Part shown: piece by piece, positions 36,945 through 47,030 of the stretch
How the letters are laid out: every line of letters begins with the position of its first letter
Numbering within the stretch: position 1 is the stretch's first letter
Source: an uncultured Verrucomicrobiota bacterium
GTDB lineage: Bacteria; Verrucomicrobiota; Verrucomicrobiia; Chthoniobacterales; SZAS-18
NCBI GenBank assembly: GCA_937859745.1
Contig: CALMAQ010000348.1
Span: 1 to 53,573 of the forward strand
DNA length: 53,573 nucleotides
Direction: 5' to 3'
The notes under the pieces: generated by a model
Databases searched by the model: none
What the model was told of the DNA's origin: nothing
What the model saw: the letters and a program-made list of their open reading frames with translations, nothing else
Made by a program: the position numbers and the translations under genes

Positions 36945-37538
36945 ATGCCTGACGAACACGAAACTTTGGGTGGCCGGTTGCCGCTGTTGGACCCGCAGAC
37001 ACTGTCTGCCGAACAAAGAAAAGTCTATGATCTTCTCAACGAAACGATGCTCCCGTGGGCGGATATATCCGGTTTTCAGAGCAAGACGGAAGGCGGCAGA
37101 CTCATCGGTCCGTTCAACCCCATTCTTTTTAGTCCCGGCATCAGCCGTGCTTTCATCCAGCTTCAAGTCGATGAGGCAAAGTACACGACGCTGAGCGAAC
37201 GCGTCCGTCAGGTGGTGATCCTCACCGTCGGTGCCGTGTGGCAGTCCGACTACGAGCGTTACGCCCATGCGGCGGTCGCCCGCAAGGCCGGGATTTCGGA
37301 GGAGGCTATCCGCACGTTGTCTGCCGGCGGCCTGCCTGATGAACTCGACGCATCGGAGAAACTCGCGCAGCGTTACACCCGGCAACTCTCGACCGAGCAC
37401 AGGGTCGACGACGCCCTCTACCGCGACGCCGAGCAAGCCTTCGGGCACGAAGGCCTGGTGAACCTCGCCTACTTGGCTGGCATCTATCATCTCGTCTGCG
37501 GGTTGTTGAGCAGCTTCGAAATCCCCGTGCCCGCCTGA
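36945..37538 (+). CDS. Carboxymuconolactone decarboxylase/AhpD-like protein
   Basis: GRLIGPFN...VILTVGAVWQSDYERYAH...FGHEGLVNLAYLAGIY. Confidence 0.85.
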   Translation: MPDEHETLGGRLPLLDPQTLSAEQRKVYDLLNETMLPWADISGFQSKTEGGRLIGPFNPILFSPGISRAFIQLQVDEAKYTTLSERVRQVVILTVGAVWQSDYERYAHAAVARKAGISEEAIRTLSAGGLPDELDASEKLAQRYTRQLSTEHRVDDALYRDAEQAFGHEGLVNLAYLAGIYHLVCGLLSSFEIPVPA

Positions 37539-37560
37539 CGATTCGTGCCGTCGGTGATCC

Positions 37561-38568
37561 GTGTCCAATCATCCACCCATCATTATGCCATCCACGCACC
37601 TTGCCCAAGCCAAGCTCACCACGGCCGCTTACTTCCCAAAGAAGTACTTCCTTGAGAACCTTGCCATCCGCAGCGATTGCTCAGTGCTGGTCACGGTACT
37701 GAACCGCAACGAGCTTTGGTACGTTCCACCGGTCAACGGGCGGCTGCCGGTGGAGCCGGTGCATGTCCACACCTTCGGCGAACCTGCGCTGGCCATCGTC
37801 GAGATCGAACCGGATGTCTTCTACATTGCTACTTCCAACGTCTACACAACCCACGAAAGCTACCTCCAAAGGCTTGACATGCGCGGCTGGGCACCAGGCC
37901 AGCCGCTCAGGCTGGAGACGGTCTTCCAGTTTCCCGACACGGCTCGGGGTTTGAACGGCGCTTGCCTGATCGCGCCCAAGATCATGCTGGTGTCGGATTG
38001 CTTTGCCAGCTTGATCTGGCGGGTCGATCTGCCAGCGCAGGAAGGCGGTAAACCCACCGCGCGGGTCTGGCTCGAACACGAGAGCATGGGGTACTATCCA
38101 GGCGAGCTCAAGCCCGAGCAGCCGGGGGTCAACGGCGTGCGATTCGCAACGAAGACCAACCATCTCTACTATTCCGCGACGGCCAAAAAACTCTTCATGC
38201 GCGTGCCCGTAGATCCCCACACACACAAGCCTGCCGGTGAGCCGGAACTCGTGGTCGCAGGCCGCATGGGGGATGATTTCTGTCTTGATGAAGACGCCGG
38301 GGTTATTTACCTGACGACCCACCGTCAAAACACGATTGATCGCGTGTCGATGGAGCCGGGCAAAAACAGCGGCTTCACCCAAAGCGTGGCGGGTGATCCC
38401 TATACCGAGCAGTTGATCGGTCCTTCCAGCGCCGCATGGGGACGTGGTCCGGGTGAGGCAGGCAAGATCGCCTATTTTACGACCGACGGTGGCACCGCTT
38501 CGCCCCCGCCAGACGGACCGCATCCTGCAACGCTCGTGCGGGTGGAGTTCCCAAGCATCTCTGGGTGA
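37561..38568 (+). CDS. Six-bladed beta-propeller protein (SMP-30/gluconolactonase-like)
   Basis: FLENLAIR, GLNG, GVNGVR, GDDFCLD and GPSSAAWGRG blade motifs. Confidence 0.75.
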   Translation: MSNHPPIIMPSTHLAQAKLTTAAYFPKKYFLENLAIRSDCSVLVTVLNRNELWYVPPVNGRLPVEPVHVHTFGEPALAIVEIEPDVFYIATSNVYTTHESYLQRLDMRGWAPGQPLRLETVFQFPDTARGLNGACLIAPKIMLVSDCFASLIWRVDLPAQEGGKPTARVWLEHESMGYYPGELKPEQPGVNGVRFATKTNHLYYSATAKKLFMRVPVDPHTHKPAGEPELVVAGRMGDDFCLDEDAGVIYLTTHRQNTIDRVSMEPGKNSGFTQSVAGDPYTEQLIGPSSAAWGRGPGEAGKIAYFTTDGGTASPPPDGPHPATLVRVEFPSISG

Positions 38569-38676
38569 TCCTGAACGCGCCGGACTATCACGTAAGTCCT
38601 TCACCTTCGTTGAGGCCGGATGTTCCAGAGCCGACGGGGATAGATTCCATGTCGTCTACTCCAGTCAGATGATCAT

Positions 38677-39678
38677 ATGCGTACCGTCGCCCTTGAAGAG
38701 CATTTCAACTTACCGTCCCTTACCAAACGGATCCCTCCGACCGCTCTGCGCCAGCGTGGTTACCCGCCACCGGAGGAGACCCCCTCCATCGTGCACACGC
38801 CACAGGCCAAACTGCCCGACGTGAGCACCGCACGCCTCGATGACATGGATGCGAACGGCATCACGGTCCAGGTGCTTTCGCTAGCCGGGCCCGGTGCTGA
38901 TTTGTTGCCAGGTGAAGAGGGCACGGCTTTCGCTCGCGAAGCCAACGACGCGCTCGCTCGTACCGTGGAAGGTTACCCTGATCGCTACGCTGGATTTGCC
39001 CACCTGCCGATGCAAGAGCCCGCCGCAGCGGCGGACGAACTCGAACGCAGCGTGAAGATGCTCGGCTTCAGCGGAGGGATGGTCAACGGCCTAACCCGAG
39101 GGAGTTTTCTGGATGACCCGAGCTTCGACGGATTGCTCACCCGCGCGGAGCAATTGGGGGTGCCGCTTTATCTGCATCCAAATCTCCCCCCATCAGCGGT
39201 GCACGACGCGTATTACGCGGGAATGCCGAAGCCTGCGATCAGCAATGCCTTGGCCGCCGTGGGCTGGGGGTGGCATTCGGAAACGGCGATCCACATCCTG
39301 CGGCTTGTCCTGAGTGGCGCAATGGATCGGCACCCCCGACTCCAACTGATCATCGGTCACATGGGCGAGATGCTCCCGGTCATGCTGGAACGCTGTGACG
39401 ATGCGCTTGGCCCAGACGCGGCTTCCTATCTCCAGCGTCCGGTTTCACAGACTGTTTTGGACCAGGTTCACGTGACGACCAGTGGAATCTTTGCGCGGCC
39501 AGCGTTCGAGGCCCTGCTGGCAACCTTTGGAATCGAACGAATCATGTTCTCGGTCGATTATCCCTTCCGCTCTAACCAGGCGGGACGAGCTTTTTTGGAT
39601 GGTCTGTCCTTGTCCCCCGACGATTTGGCCAAACTGACGCACGGTAACGCCGACCGTCTCCTCAAACTGAAATCCTGA
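38677..39678 (+). CDS. Amidohydrolase_2 family protein (ACMSD/aromatic-acid decarboxylase-like)
   Basis: VALEEH, LYLHP, IIGHMGE and MFSVDYPF. Confidence 0.92.
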   Translation: MRTVALEEHFNLPSLTKRIPPTALRQRGYPPPEETPSIVHTPQAKLPDVSTARLDDMDANGITVQVLSLAGPGADLLPGEEGTAFAREANDALARTVEGYPDRYAGFAHLPMQEPAAAADELERSVKMLGFSGGMVNGLTRGSFLDDPSFDGLLTRAEQLGVPLYLHPNLPPSAVHDAYYAGMPKPAISNALAAVGWGWHSETAIHILRLVLSGAMDRHPRLQLIIGHMGEMLPVMLERCDDALGPDAASYLQRPVSQTVLDQVHVTTSGIFARPAFEALLATFGIERIMFSVDYPFRSNQAGRAFLDGLSLSPDDLAKLTHGNADRLLKLKS

Positions 39679-39769
39679 GGCTGTTCAGCGCTCCGTTTCT
39701 TCCCCGCAAGTGGCACGAGCATTGAGGGAAAATCTCGGTCTACAGCCGGACGTTTACTCAAACCACCTA

Positions 39770-40862
39770 CTGACCCTTGCTTAAAAAAGTCATCACCCCG
39801 GGCTGAACGGCGCGCTACGTTGAGCGGTGAAGCCACGCTCGCAAGATCAGCCGGTAGGATGGCGCGCCGGGAGACGCAAACGCGCCTTTGAGTTGCACGC
39901 GCAGGGTTGGAGCCAGCACCGCATCGCACGGGCTTTGGGCGTCTGCCAGGCAGCGGTCAGCCGCTGGCTGGCGAGTGGAGGCTGGCAGAGCCGTGCGCCC
40001 GAGCGACGCGGCGTCAAAGCCAGGCTCGACCCCAGGAGCCTGCGGCTGGTGCCCGACTTGCTCAGCCACGGCGCGGAAGTGTGGGGCTTTCGCGGGGAAC
40101 TCTGGACGTGTGCGCGGGTGGCTGCCGTCATTGAGGAGGAGTTCGGCGTGCGCTACAGCCGCGCGCATGTCTCGCGTTTGCTCAAAGCCGTGGAGTGGAC
40201 GCCGCGGCGGCCCATCGAACGCGCCAGCCAGCGTGACGAGGCCGCCATCGCCCGCTGGCGCATCGAGCGGTGGCCGGAGTTGAAATAAACGCGCGCGCCA
40301 ACGGTTGGCGCGTAGTCTTCATCGACGAGAGTGGCTTTTACCTGCTGCCATCGTTGGTGCGGACCTACGCGCCGGCCGGTTAAACGCCCATCCTGCACAC
40401 GCCCTGCCGCTACGAGCATCTCTCGGTCATGGCGGCGGTGACGACCAAAGGCGAATTTTTTACCCGCGTGCGCGACCACTCCCTGCGCAGCGAGGACAGC
40501 GTGGCGTTTTTGCGCCGCCTGTGCGGCCACCAGCCCGGCGGCAAGCTCCTGATCATCTGGGATGACTCGCCCATCCACCGCCACAAGGCCATGCGCGCCT
40601 TTCGCCTCAGCGCAGAAGCCGAGAACTTCGTCTTCGAGTCGCTGCCCGGCTACGCCCCAGACCTCAACCCGTTGGACACCGGCATCTGGCACCACCTCAA
40701 GAACGTGGCTCTGGCCAACGTGTGCTGCCACGACCTCCAGGAACTCCGCGAAAAGCTCTCGACAGCCATCCTTGGCCTGCGGCGCAAGCCCCGCCTCATC
40801 CACGCCGCCTTTGCCAACGCCAAACTCGACTTGGGGCGATGACTTTTTTATGCAACGGTCTG
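39770..40862 (+). mobile_element. IS630-family element with an inactivated transposase
   Basis: 25-bp terminal IRs with 3 mismatches (CTGACCCTTGCTTAAAAAAGTCATC / GATGACTTTTTTATGCAACGGTCTG); TA at 39768 and 40863; HTH ORF plus DDE segments FIDESG, IWDDS and YAPDLNPLD. Confidence 0.9.
39827..40842 (+). pseudogene. IS630 transposase pseudogene
   Basis: First ORF stops at 40288 where an A-run frameshift site is expected (GAAATAAAC); the second frame has an in-frame TAA at 40381-40383. Confidence 0.85.
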
Positions 40863-40864
40863 TA

Positions 40865-41210
40865 GGTGGTGACTACCTGACTGTTGTTCTCCGCTGGACG
40901 GCCAAGTTGTAGGTGGTGATGAAGAGGTGGATGGCGTCGAGGTGGTTTTCGGCGTGTTTGGAAAAGGAGTAGGTCTTGCGGATCAAGCGGCTCACCCTCG
41001 CTCGCAAGGTGCCGAACCAGCGTTCCACAGGGTTGGTTTCTCCGTCCGCTTTGCCGCAGCAGCGGTGAGTTTTCTTTGGGAACGCGGCGGCGTAGGCCTC
41101 CCAATAGTCACTGCGGGTGGCGCGGCCCCGGAAGCTTTTGGGCAAGGAAGCTCGCAGCTCGCTGGCACCTTGTAAGCTGCGGTCGCCCCGGGTCCAACCA
41201 CCAGCGAGGC
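40865..41210 (-). pseudogene. IS1-family transposase (InsB-like) 3' remnant with its terminal end
   Basis: GDRS...SDYWEAY...GETNPVERWFGTLRARVSRLIRKTYSFSK; the 5' part is missing. Confidence 0.8.
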
Positions 41211-41364
41211 GAGAATGAGCCTCACCCCGCTTTTGGAAAATATATACTGTCGGTAGAGGCACGTCCCGCGCGAGGCAAATGGCAACGAGTCGAGTGCCGA
41301 GACAGGCGGACCGGGCGCGATTTGCGGATTGACTTCCGCGCGAGAACCGATAGTCCAAGCAGCC

Positions 41365-42093
41365 ATGAACAAACACATGGCGGGTTCTTTCGCAATTAGG
41401 GGATTAACAGGGGCGATTGCGCTCGCCGGCGCCACCCGGGCTTACGGCGCGGTCGTGCAGGCGAATCCCCCTTTGACCAACACGGTCACCGGCACCGCTC
41501 AGAAGGGCACGGGCGGGTTCACCGCGTGGGACGTGGACGGCGACGGGGTGCTGGACTTCACCATCGGCGCGGTGGTGTTCCGGGCGGGCGGGTCTCCGCC
41601 GCTCCAGCAACCGGACTCCACCACCAGCATCAACGGGTTTGACCAATCCAATGCAATGACCGTGGGATACGTCCGCTACAGCCCGGTGTTCGGAAACAAC
41701 ACCTACTGCTCCAACCTGCCGGTCGGCAGCACGGTCGGTCCGAACAGCGCGTTCACGGGACTCACCGACAAGTACGGCTTCCTCGGCAACCAGTACGGCA
41801 CGACGGCCAACGGCCAGTTCCTGAACAAGACCGGATACATCGGCTTCGAGTTCACGAACAGTAGCGGCCTGCACTACGGCTTCGCCGAATTCAGCAGCCT
41901 GCTCTCCGGCAGCACCAACGCGGACGCCACCTGCACGATTACTTATCTGGGCGCGGAATACGAGACGCTGCCCAACACGCCCATCGTCGTCTCGGCGGTC
42001 CCCGAGCCGGGTTCGCTGGCGGCGCTGGCCTTCGGGGTGGCCGGCGCGGCCGGCGTGGCGGCCTGCCGCCGACGCCAGACGGTGACGGCGTGA
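41365..42093 (+). CDS. Secreted PEP-CTERM protein
   Basis: Signal peptide, DVDGDGVLDF motif, GYIGFEF...HYGFAEF and C-terminal VPEPGS-TM-RRR. Confidence 0.9.
   Translation: MNKHMAGSFAIRGLTGAIALAGATRAYGAVVQANPPLTNTVTGTAQKGTGGFTAWDVDGDGVLDFTIGAVVFRAGGSPPLQQPDSTTSINGFDQSNAMTVGYVRYSPVFGNNTYCSNLPVGSTVGPNSAFTGLTDKYGFLGNQYGTTANGQFLNKTGYIGFEFTNSSGLHYGFAEFSSLLSGSTNADATCTITYLGAEYETLPNTPIVVSAVPEPGSLAALAFGVAGAAGVAACRRRQTVTA
41959..42082 (+). repeat. 124-bp perfect direct repeat, copy 1 (copy 2 at 42807-42930)
   Basis: Identical DNA encoding YETLPNTPIVVSAVPEPGS...RRRQT in both paralogues. Confidence 0.92.
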
Positions 42094-42209
42094 CCGGCAG
42101 AACCGCCCTCGGCACAGGACATGCCGTCCTCGCCCACAGCCGGACGGCAAGACCTCCAGGCGAAGATTTTCTTTGACGATTTCAGAAATATCTATATTCA
42201 CCAGCGGTC

Positions 42210-42950
42210 ATGGATAAACACAGGGTAGATGCTTTCACGATCACAGGGTTGACGGGGGCGGTCGCGCTCGCGGGCGCCACGCAGGCATACGGAGGCGTGG
42301 TGCAAGGCATCGCGCCGGCCTCGACGGTGCTCAAGTCCACGCCCATTCACGGTCTGGACCACGAGCGATGGGACATCGACGGCAACGGCACGCCCGACTT
42401 CCTGCTCGGCGCGAACACTTTCGCGGCCTTTCCACAGTACGGCGTGCCGAACGCAAATTCCTTCGGCGGCTTTGCCGGGTATAACACCCCGGCCACCGGT
42501 AACGGGGTGGCCAGCACCTATCTCACGTACGCCGGCAGTTTTGGCAAGGTCGCCTTTGCGACCAACTTCGCGCCCGGCACGAGCGTCGGACCCACGACGC
42601 AGTTTAAGTACCAAAACGGCAACTACACTTTCCTGGAGGAGCGTCAGAACGGGGTCAACTCGGGCCAGTTTTCCACGGTCGGCTACAGCGGGTTCAAATT
42701 CATGGAGAGCGACGGACTCCACTACGGATTCGTCGAGTTCAGCGTCGTGTTGACCGGCAGCACCAACACGGATGCGTCCTGCACGATCACCTACCTGGGT
42801 TCGGAGTACGAGACGCTGCCCAACACGCCCATCGTCGTCTCGGCGGTCCCCGAGCCGGGTTCGCTGGCGGCGCTGGCCTTCGGGGTGGCCGGCGCGGCCG
42901 GCGTGGCGGCCTGCCGCCGACGCCAGACGGCGGCCTCGCCAACGGCCTGA
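42210..42950 (+). CDS. Secreted PEP-CTERM protein (paralogue)
   Basis: Signal peptide, DIDGNGTPDF, GYSGFKF...HYGFVEF and VPEPGS-TM-RRR. Confidence 0.9.
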   Translation: MDKHRVDAFTITGLTGAVALAGATQAYGGVVQGIAPASTVLKSTPIHGLDHERWDIDGNGTPDFLLGANTFAAFPQYGVPNANSFGGFAGYNTPATGNGVASTYLTYAGSFGKVAFATNFAPGTSVGPTTQFKYQNGNYTFLEERQNGVNSGQFSTVGYSGFKFMESDGLHYGFVEFSVVLTGSTNTDASCTITYLGSEYETLPNTPIVVSAVPEPGSLAALAFGVAGAAGVAACRRRQTAASPTA

Positions 42951-43016
42951 TCCTGTTGGCATCTGTCCGGGTGGGTTCTTTGCCGTCCCGACGCTTCGTT
43001 CGGGGCCGCAGAGAAT

Positions 43017-45107
43017 TTGCTGGCGACGCCGCACAATCCTTTTTTCGTGCCTTCCTCACCTCACGCCACGCGTGTCCTGCTCCTGGGCTGGGACGCGGCG
43101 GACTGGAAGATCATCAGTCCGCTGATGGACGCGGGGGCGATGCCCGTGCTCCAGAGCCTGGTCGAGCGCGGCAGCAGCGGCAATCTCGCCACCCTGTACC
43201 CGATCATCTCGCCCATCCTCTGGAACTCCATCGCCACGGGCAAGCGCGCGGACAAGCACGGCATCCTAGGTTTCACCGAGCCGACACCGGACGGCCACGG
43301 CGCACGGCTCATTTCCTCCACTTCCCGGCGGGCGAAGGCGCTCTGGAACCTCCTTGGCCAGGCCGGGCAGCGCAGCGCGGTGGTCAACTGGTTCGCCTCG
43401 CACCCCGCCGAGCCTATCGCCGGGACCGTGTTCACCAACCAATTTCCCGAGGTGCTGCAGCAGCCTGACGGGTCGGTCGCGCCGCTGGATCGCTGCGCCA
43501 TCCATCCGCCGGAGCTTTACGAACTGGCGCAATCGTTTCGCGTGCTGCCCAAAGACATCACCCCGCGGCAGATCCTGCCGTTTCTCGCGGGCGTGGTGCC
43601 GTCCGACCGGGAAGACCCCCGCCTCGGGATGATGGCCAACGTGCTGGCCAAGTGCGCCAGCATCCAGAACGCCGCGACGTACCTCGCGGCACAGGACGAC
43701 TGGAACCTGCTGGCCGTCTACTACGACACGATCGATCACGCGTGCCACGGGTTCATGGAATACCATCCGCCGGCCATGGCGCACGTCAGCGCGGAGGACG
43801 CCGCGCTCTTCGGGCCGGTGGTCGCGGGCGTGTACCGCTTCCACGACATGCTGCTGGGGCGGTTGCTCGCGCTGGCGGGGCCGGAGACGACGGTGCTCAT
43901 CCTCTCCGACCATGGCTTCCACAGCGATGGTCTGCGTCCGCCGGTCGGGCGGCACACGCGCGAGCCGGGCGAGAAGTTCGGCCCGGAAATGAACCCGGTC
44001 GCCTGGCACCGCGAACAGGGCATCCTCGTCGCCGCCGGCCCGGCGATCCGGCGCGACGAAATCATCCATGGAGCCACGCTGCTCGACCTCGCGCCCACCA
44101 TCCTGAGCCTGCTTGGAATTCCTGTTCCCGGCGACATGGACGGACGCCCGCTGACGAAACTCTTCGTTGACCCACTCCCCGCGACCCAGGAAAAAGTCGC
44201 CTCTTACGAAGCTCCACATCCGCTCGACGGGATGCACCGCGACCTGCTGGCCGAGGAATCCGATCCCTGGACGGCGCGGCAAGCGATGGAACAACTCGCC
44301 GCGCTGGGTTACATCGAGATGCCCAGCGAAGGCCCCGCCAAGATGGCCGCCGCCGCCGACTGGGAGCGGCGCTGGAACCTGTCGCAGGTCTATCTGCACT
44401 CCAACCGGCCGGCCCTGGCCGAGCGCCTGCTGCGCGGGATGCTTGCCGAGCGGGATGAACCGGCGGTGCGCACCCATCTGACCTCCTGCCTGCTGGCGAT
44501 GGACCGGCCGGCCGAGGCGGCCGAGATCATCGCGCCGCTGCTCGCGGGCGACGCGGTCGCGCCGGCCGCGCACCTGCTGATGGGCCGCGCCAAGCTGCGG
44601 CTGCGCGACCTTGCCGAGGCGTTGCGCTGGTTGGAGCCTTTGCGCGCGAACGAAACCCAGTTGCCCGCCCTCTCGCTGGCGCTAGGCCAGACCTATCTGC
44701 GGTGCGAGATGCTGCCGGAGGCGGAGGCGGCCTTCCGACGCGCTCTGGAGCGCGATAACCACAGCGCGCAAGCGCACGACGGGCTGGGCGTCGCCTTGCG
44801 CCGGCAAGGCCGTTACGAGGATGCCGTCTACGAACACATGCGTGCGGCCTCTCTCCAGCACAACCGGGCGCAAACCCACGCGAACCTGGGGATCGCGCTG
44901 GCGCGCACCGGGCAAGTGGACTGGGCAATCCGGGCGTTCGAGCAGGCCGTGGAGCTCGCCCCGGACGAACCGTTTCCACACCGTTGTCTCGCCCGGCTCT
45001 ACCACGGACCGAAACGGGACCGTGAGCGTGCTCGGGAGCACGCCGCCGAGATGCTGCGCTGCCGCCAACTGCTCCGTGCCCGCCAGGCTGCCGCGCCCAC
45101 CGGGTAA
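43017..45107 (+). CDS. Alkaline-phosphatase-superfamily (NPP-like) protein with C-terminal TPRs
   Basis: LLGWDAADW, ISPILWNSIATGK, DHACH, ILSDHGF, DLAPTIL and LAALGYI, followed by TPR motifs. Confidence 0.9.
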   Translation: MLATPHNPFFVPSSPHATRVLLLGWDAADWKIISPLMDAGAMPVLQSLVERGSSGNLATLYPIISPILWNSIATGKRADKHGILGFTEPTPDGHGARLISSTSRRAKALWNLLGQAGQRSAVVNWFASHPAEPIAGTVFTNQFPEVLQQPDGSVAPLDRCAIHPPELYELAQSFRVLPKDITPRQILPFLAGVVPSDREDPRLGMMANVLAKCASIQNAATYLAAQDDWNLLAVYYDTIDHACHGFMEYHPPAMAHVSAEDAALFGPVVAGVYRFHDMLLGRLLALAGPETTVLILSDHGFHSDGLRPPVGRHTREPGEKFGPEMNPVAWHREQGILVAAGPAIRRDEIIHGATLLDLAPTILSLLGIPVPGDMDGRPLTKLFVDPLPATQEKVASYEAPHPLDGMHRDLLAEESDPWTARQAMEQLAALGYIEMPSEGPAKMAAAADWERRWNLSQVYLHSNRPALAERLLRGMLAERDEPAVRTHLTSCLLAMDRPAEAAEIIAPLLAGDAVAPAAHLLMGRAKLRLRDLAEALRWLEPLRANETQLPALSLALGQTYLRCEMLPEAEAAFRRALERDNHSAQAHDGLGVALRRQGRYEDAVYEHMRAASLQHNRAQTHANLGIALARTGQVDWAIRAFEQAVELAPDEPFPHRCLARLYHGPKRDRERAREHAAEMLRCRQLLRARQAAAPTG

Positions 45108-45471
45108 AGCGGTTTCGGGCACAAGGGGTACACATGGCTTTCGAGGTTAGCGGCTCGGTCACGGAGATCTCTCATCTGGAACGAGGCAAACGCAGGGAGA
45201 ACGTGCAAGGGCAAAAAGTCGGGCATCGCAACTCACATCAAAACATGAGCAAGAAGATCACCAAGAAAACACTCCGAGCGTTTTCAACCCGAGCCAGTTT
45301 TGCGGGCATCCCGTTCGTCGCCCGGGCGGCGGGAACCCAAGCGCAAACAAGCGCCGGGGCCGCAACTGACGCTCGGGACCAGTAGGGAGATTTTTTCTTC
45401 GACTGGGATTCTCCGCGTCTGCCTAGAACGAGGTGTCAACGTGGAGCGCCGGGTTGGAGAGATGGACACTA

Positions 45472-46625
45472 GTGTGCTGTCAGCGAAGTGAGCGACACAA
45501 TGTTTTGCTGTGACAGGACGGGCAGACGTAGGCTTGCAGAATGAGCCGAGGCCGCCCCATCCCGCCGTTGGAACTGACCGCAGACGAAAAGCAGTCGCTG
45601 GAGTTGATCGTGCGTCGAAGTCGCTCGACTCAGGCCGAGGCCCGGCGGGCCAAGGTGGTTTTGCTCTGCGCCGCCGGCCACAGCAACCTGGAGGTTAGCC
45701 GCCGCACGGGCGTCTGCCAGCACGGCGTTGGGCAGTGGCGACGTCGGTTTCTGAGTGACCGCGTCGACGGGTTGGCCGACCTGCCCGGCCAGGGCGCTCC
45801 CCGGAGCATCAGCGACGACCAGGTGGCCGAGATCATCCGCCTGACCCTGGAACGTGCTCCTGCCCAAGCCACGCACTGGAGCACCCGCTCGATGGCCAAG
45901 CGCAGTAGCCTCTCGCACGACAGCATCGCGCGCATCTGGCAGACCTTCGGTTTGAAGCCCCACCGGCAGGACTCCCTCCAGCTTTCCACCGACCCGTTCT
46001 TCGTGGAGAAGGTGCGCGACGTAGTCGGCCTCTACCTGAGTCCGCCGCAGAACGCCCTGGTGCTCTGCGTAGACGAGAAGAGCCAGATCCAGGCGGTGGA
46101 GCGCAGCCAGCCTATTTTGCCGCTGGCTCCCGGCCGGGTCGAACGGCGCAGCCACGGTTACTTTCGTCACGGCACGCTCTCGCTCTTCGCCGCCCTGGAT
46201 GTGAAGACCGGAGAAGTTTACGCCCGGTGCCAGACCCGCCACACGCACCGCGAGTTCCTTTGCTTTTTGCGCCAGATCGAGGACCAAACCCCGGCGGGCC
46301 TTGATCTGCACATCGTTCTGGACAACTACGCGGCGCATAAAACCGTGCAGGTGCGCCGCTGGCTGGCGCGTCATCCCCGCTGGCACATCCACTTCATTCC
46401 TACCCACTCCAGTTGGCTCAACCAAGTCGAACGCTTCTTCGCCAAGATCACCCAGCAACGTATCCGACGCGGTTCATTTCGCAGTGTCACCGAACTGCGG
46501 ACGGCTATCGTCAGCTACATCGACGCGCATAACCTCCAACCCAAGCCGTTCCGCTGGAGCGCATCTGCGGAACTCATCCTCGGCAAGGTCGAGAAAATAT
46601 GTCGCTCACTTCGCTGACAGCACAC
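45472..46625 (+). mobile_element. IS630-family element, apparently intact
   Basis: Perfect 26-bp IRs (GTGTGCTGTCAGCGAAGTGAGCGACA) with TA on both sides, within a CTAG target. Confidence 0.95.
45541..46617 (+). CDS. IS630 transposase
   Basis: HTH, THWSTRSMA, CVDEKSQIQA, VLDNYAAHK and SSWLNQVERFF. Confidence 0.95.
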   Translation: MSRGRPIPPLELTADEKQSLELIVRRSRSTQAEARRAKVVLLCAAGHSNLEVSRRTGVCQHGVGQWRRRFLSDRVDGLADLPGQGAPRSISDDQVAEIIRLTLERAPAQATHWSTRSMAKRSSLSHDSIARIWQTFGLKPHRQDSLQLSTDPFFVEKVRDVVGLYLSPPQNALVLCVDEKSQIQAVERSQPILPLAPGRVERRSHGYFRHGTLSLFAALDVKTGEVYARCQTRHTHREFLCFLRQIEDQTPAGLDLHIVLDNYAAHKTVQVRRWLARHPRWHIHFIPTHSSWLNQVERFFAKITQQRIRRGSFRSVTELRTAIVSYIDAHNLQPKPFRWSASAELILGKVEKICRSLR

Positions 46626-46627
46626 TA

Positions 46628-46780
46628 GAAGCAATCTCATAAATATCGGCGAAGCAAAATCTTGATGCAGCCGAGGTAGTTTTCGGCGTGGTACTCGCGC
46701 CGGGTGAGGATGCGCCGGAAGTTTTGCAGCCAGGCATTGAGCCGCTCCACTTTCCAGCGGCAGCGATGGCGGCGGTGGAT
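46628..46780 (-). pseudogene. IS5-family transposase 3' remnant and probable terminal end
   Basis: [30 protein letters not shown]...ILLRRYL, then ...TTATGAGATTGCTTC-TAG. Confidence 0.75.
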
Positions 46781-47030
46781 CTGGTAAAGGTCGATGTAGT
46801 CGGTGCCCAGCCGCCACAGGCTATGGTCGATCTCTTCCATGATCGCCTTGCGCGACAGGCTGAGGGCGTTGGGGCCGTGGCGTGTTGGCGCGAAGACCTT
46901 GGTGGCGATGACCACGGCGTCGCGGTTAGCGAATTCGTTGAGCGCCCGGCCCAGGATTTCCTCGCTCGATCCGTTCGAATACAGGTTGGCAGTGTCGAAA
47001 AAGTTGATCCCTGCCTCGACGGCTTGGTAT
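46781..47030 (-). pseudogene. Aldo/keto reductase internal fragment
   Basis: [21 protein letters not shown]...VIATKV...[16 protein letters not shown], fused in frame to the IS5 remnant. Confidence 0.85.

Noticed and set aside
41959-42930. Direct repeats or O_B repeats as a CRISPR array
   Set aside because: Only two coding copies of the 124-bp block; the O_B sites are kilobases apart; no spacer periodicity and no cas operon.
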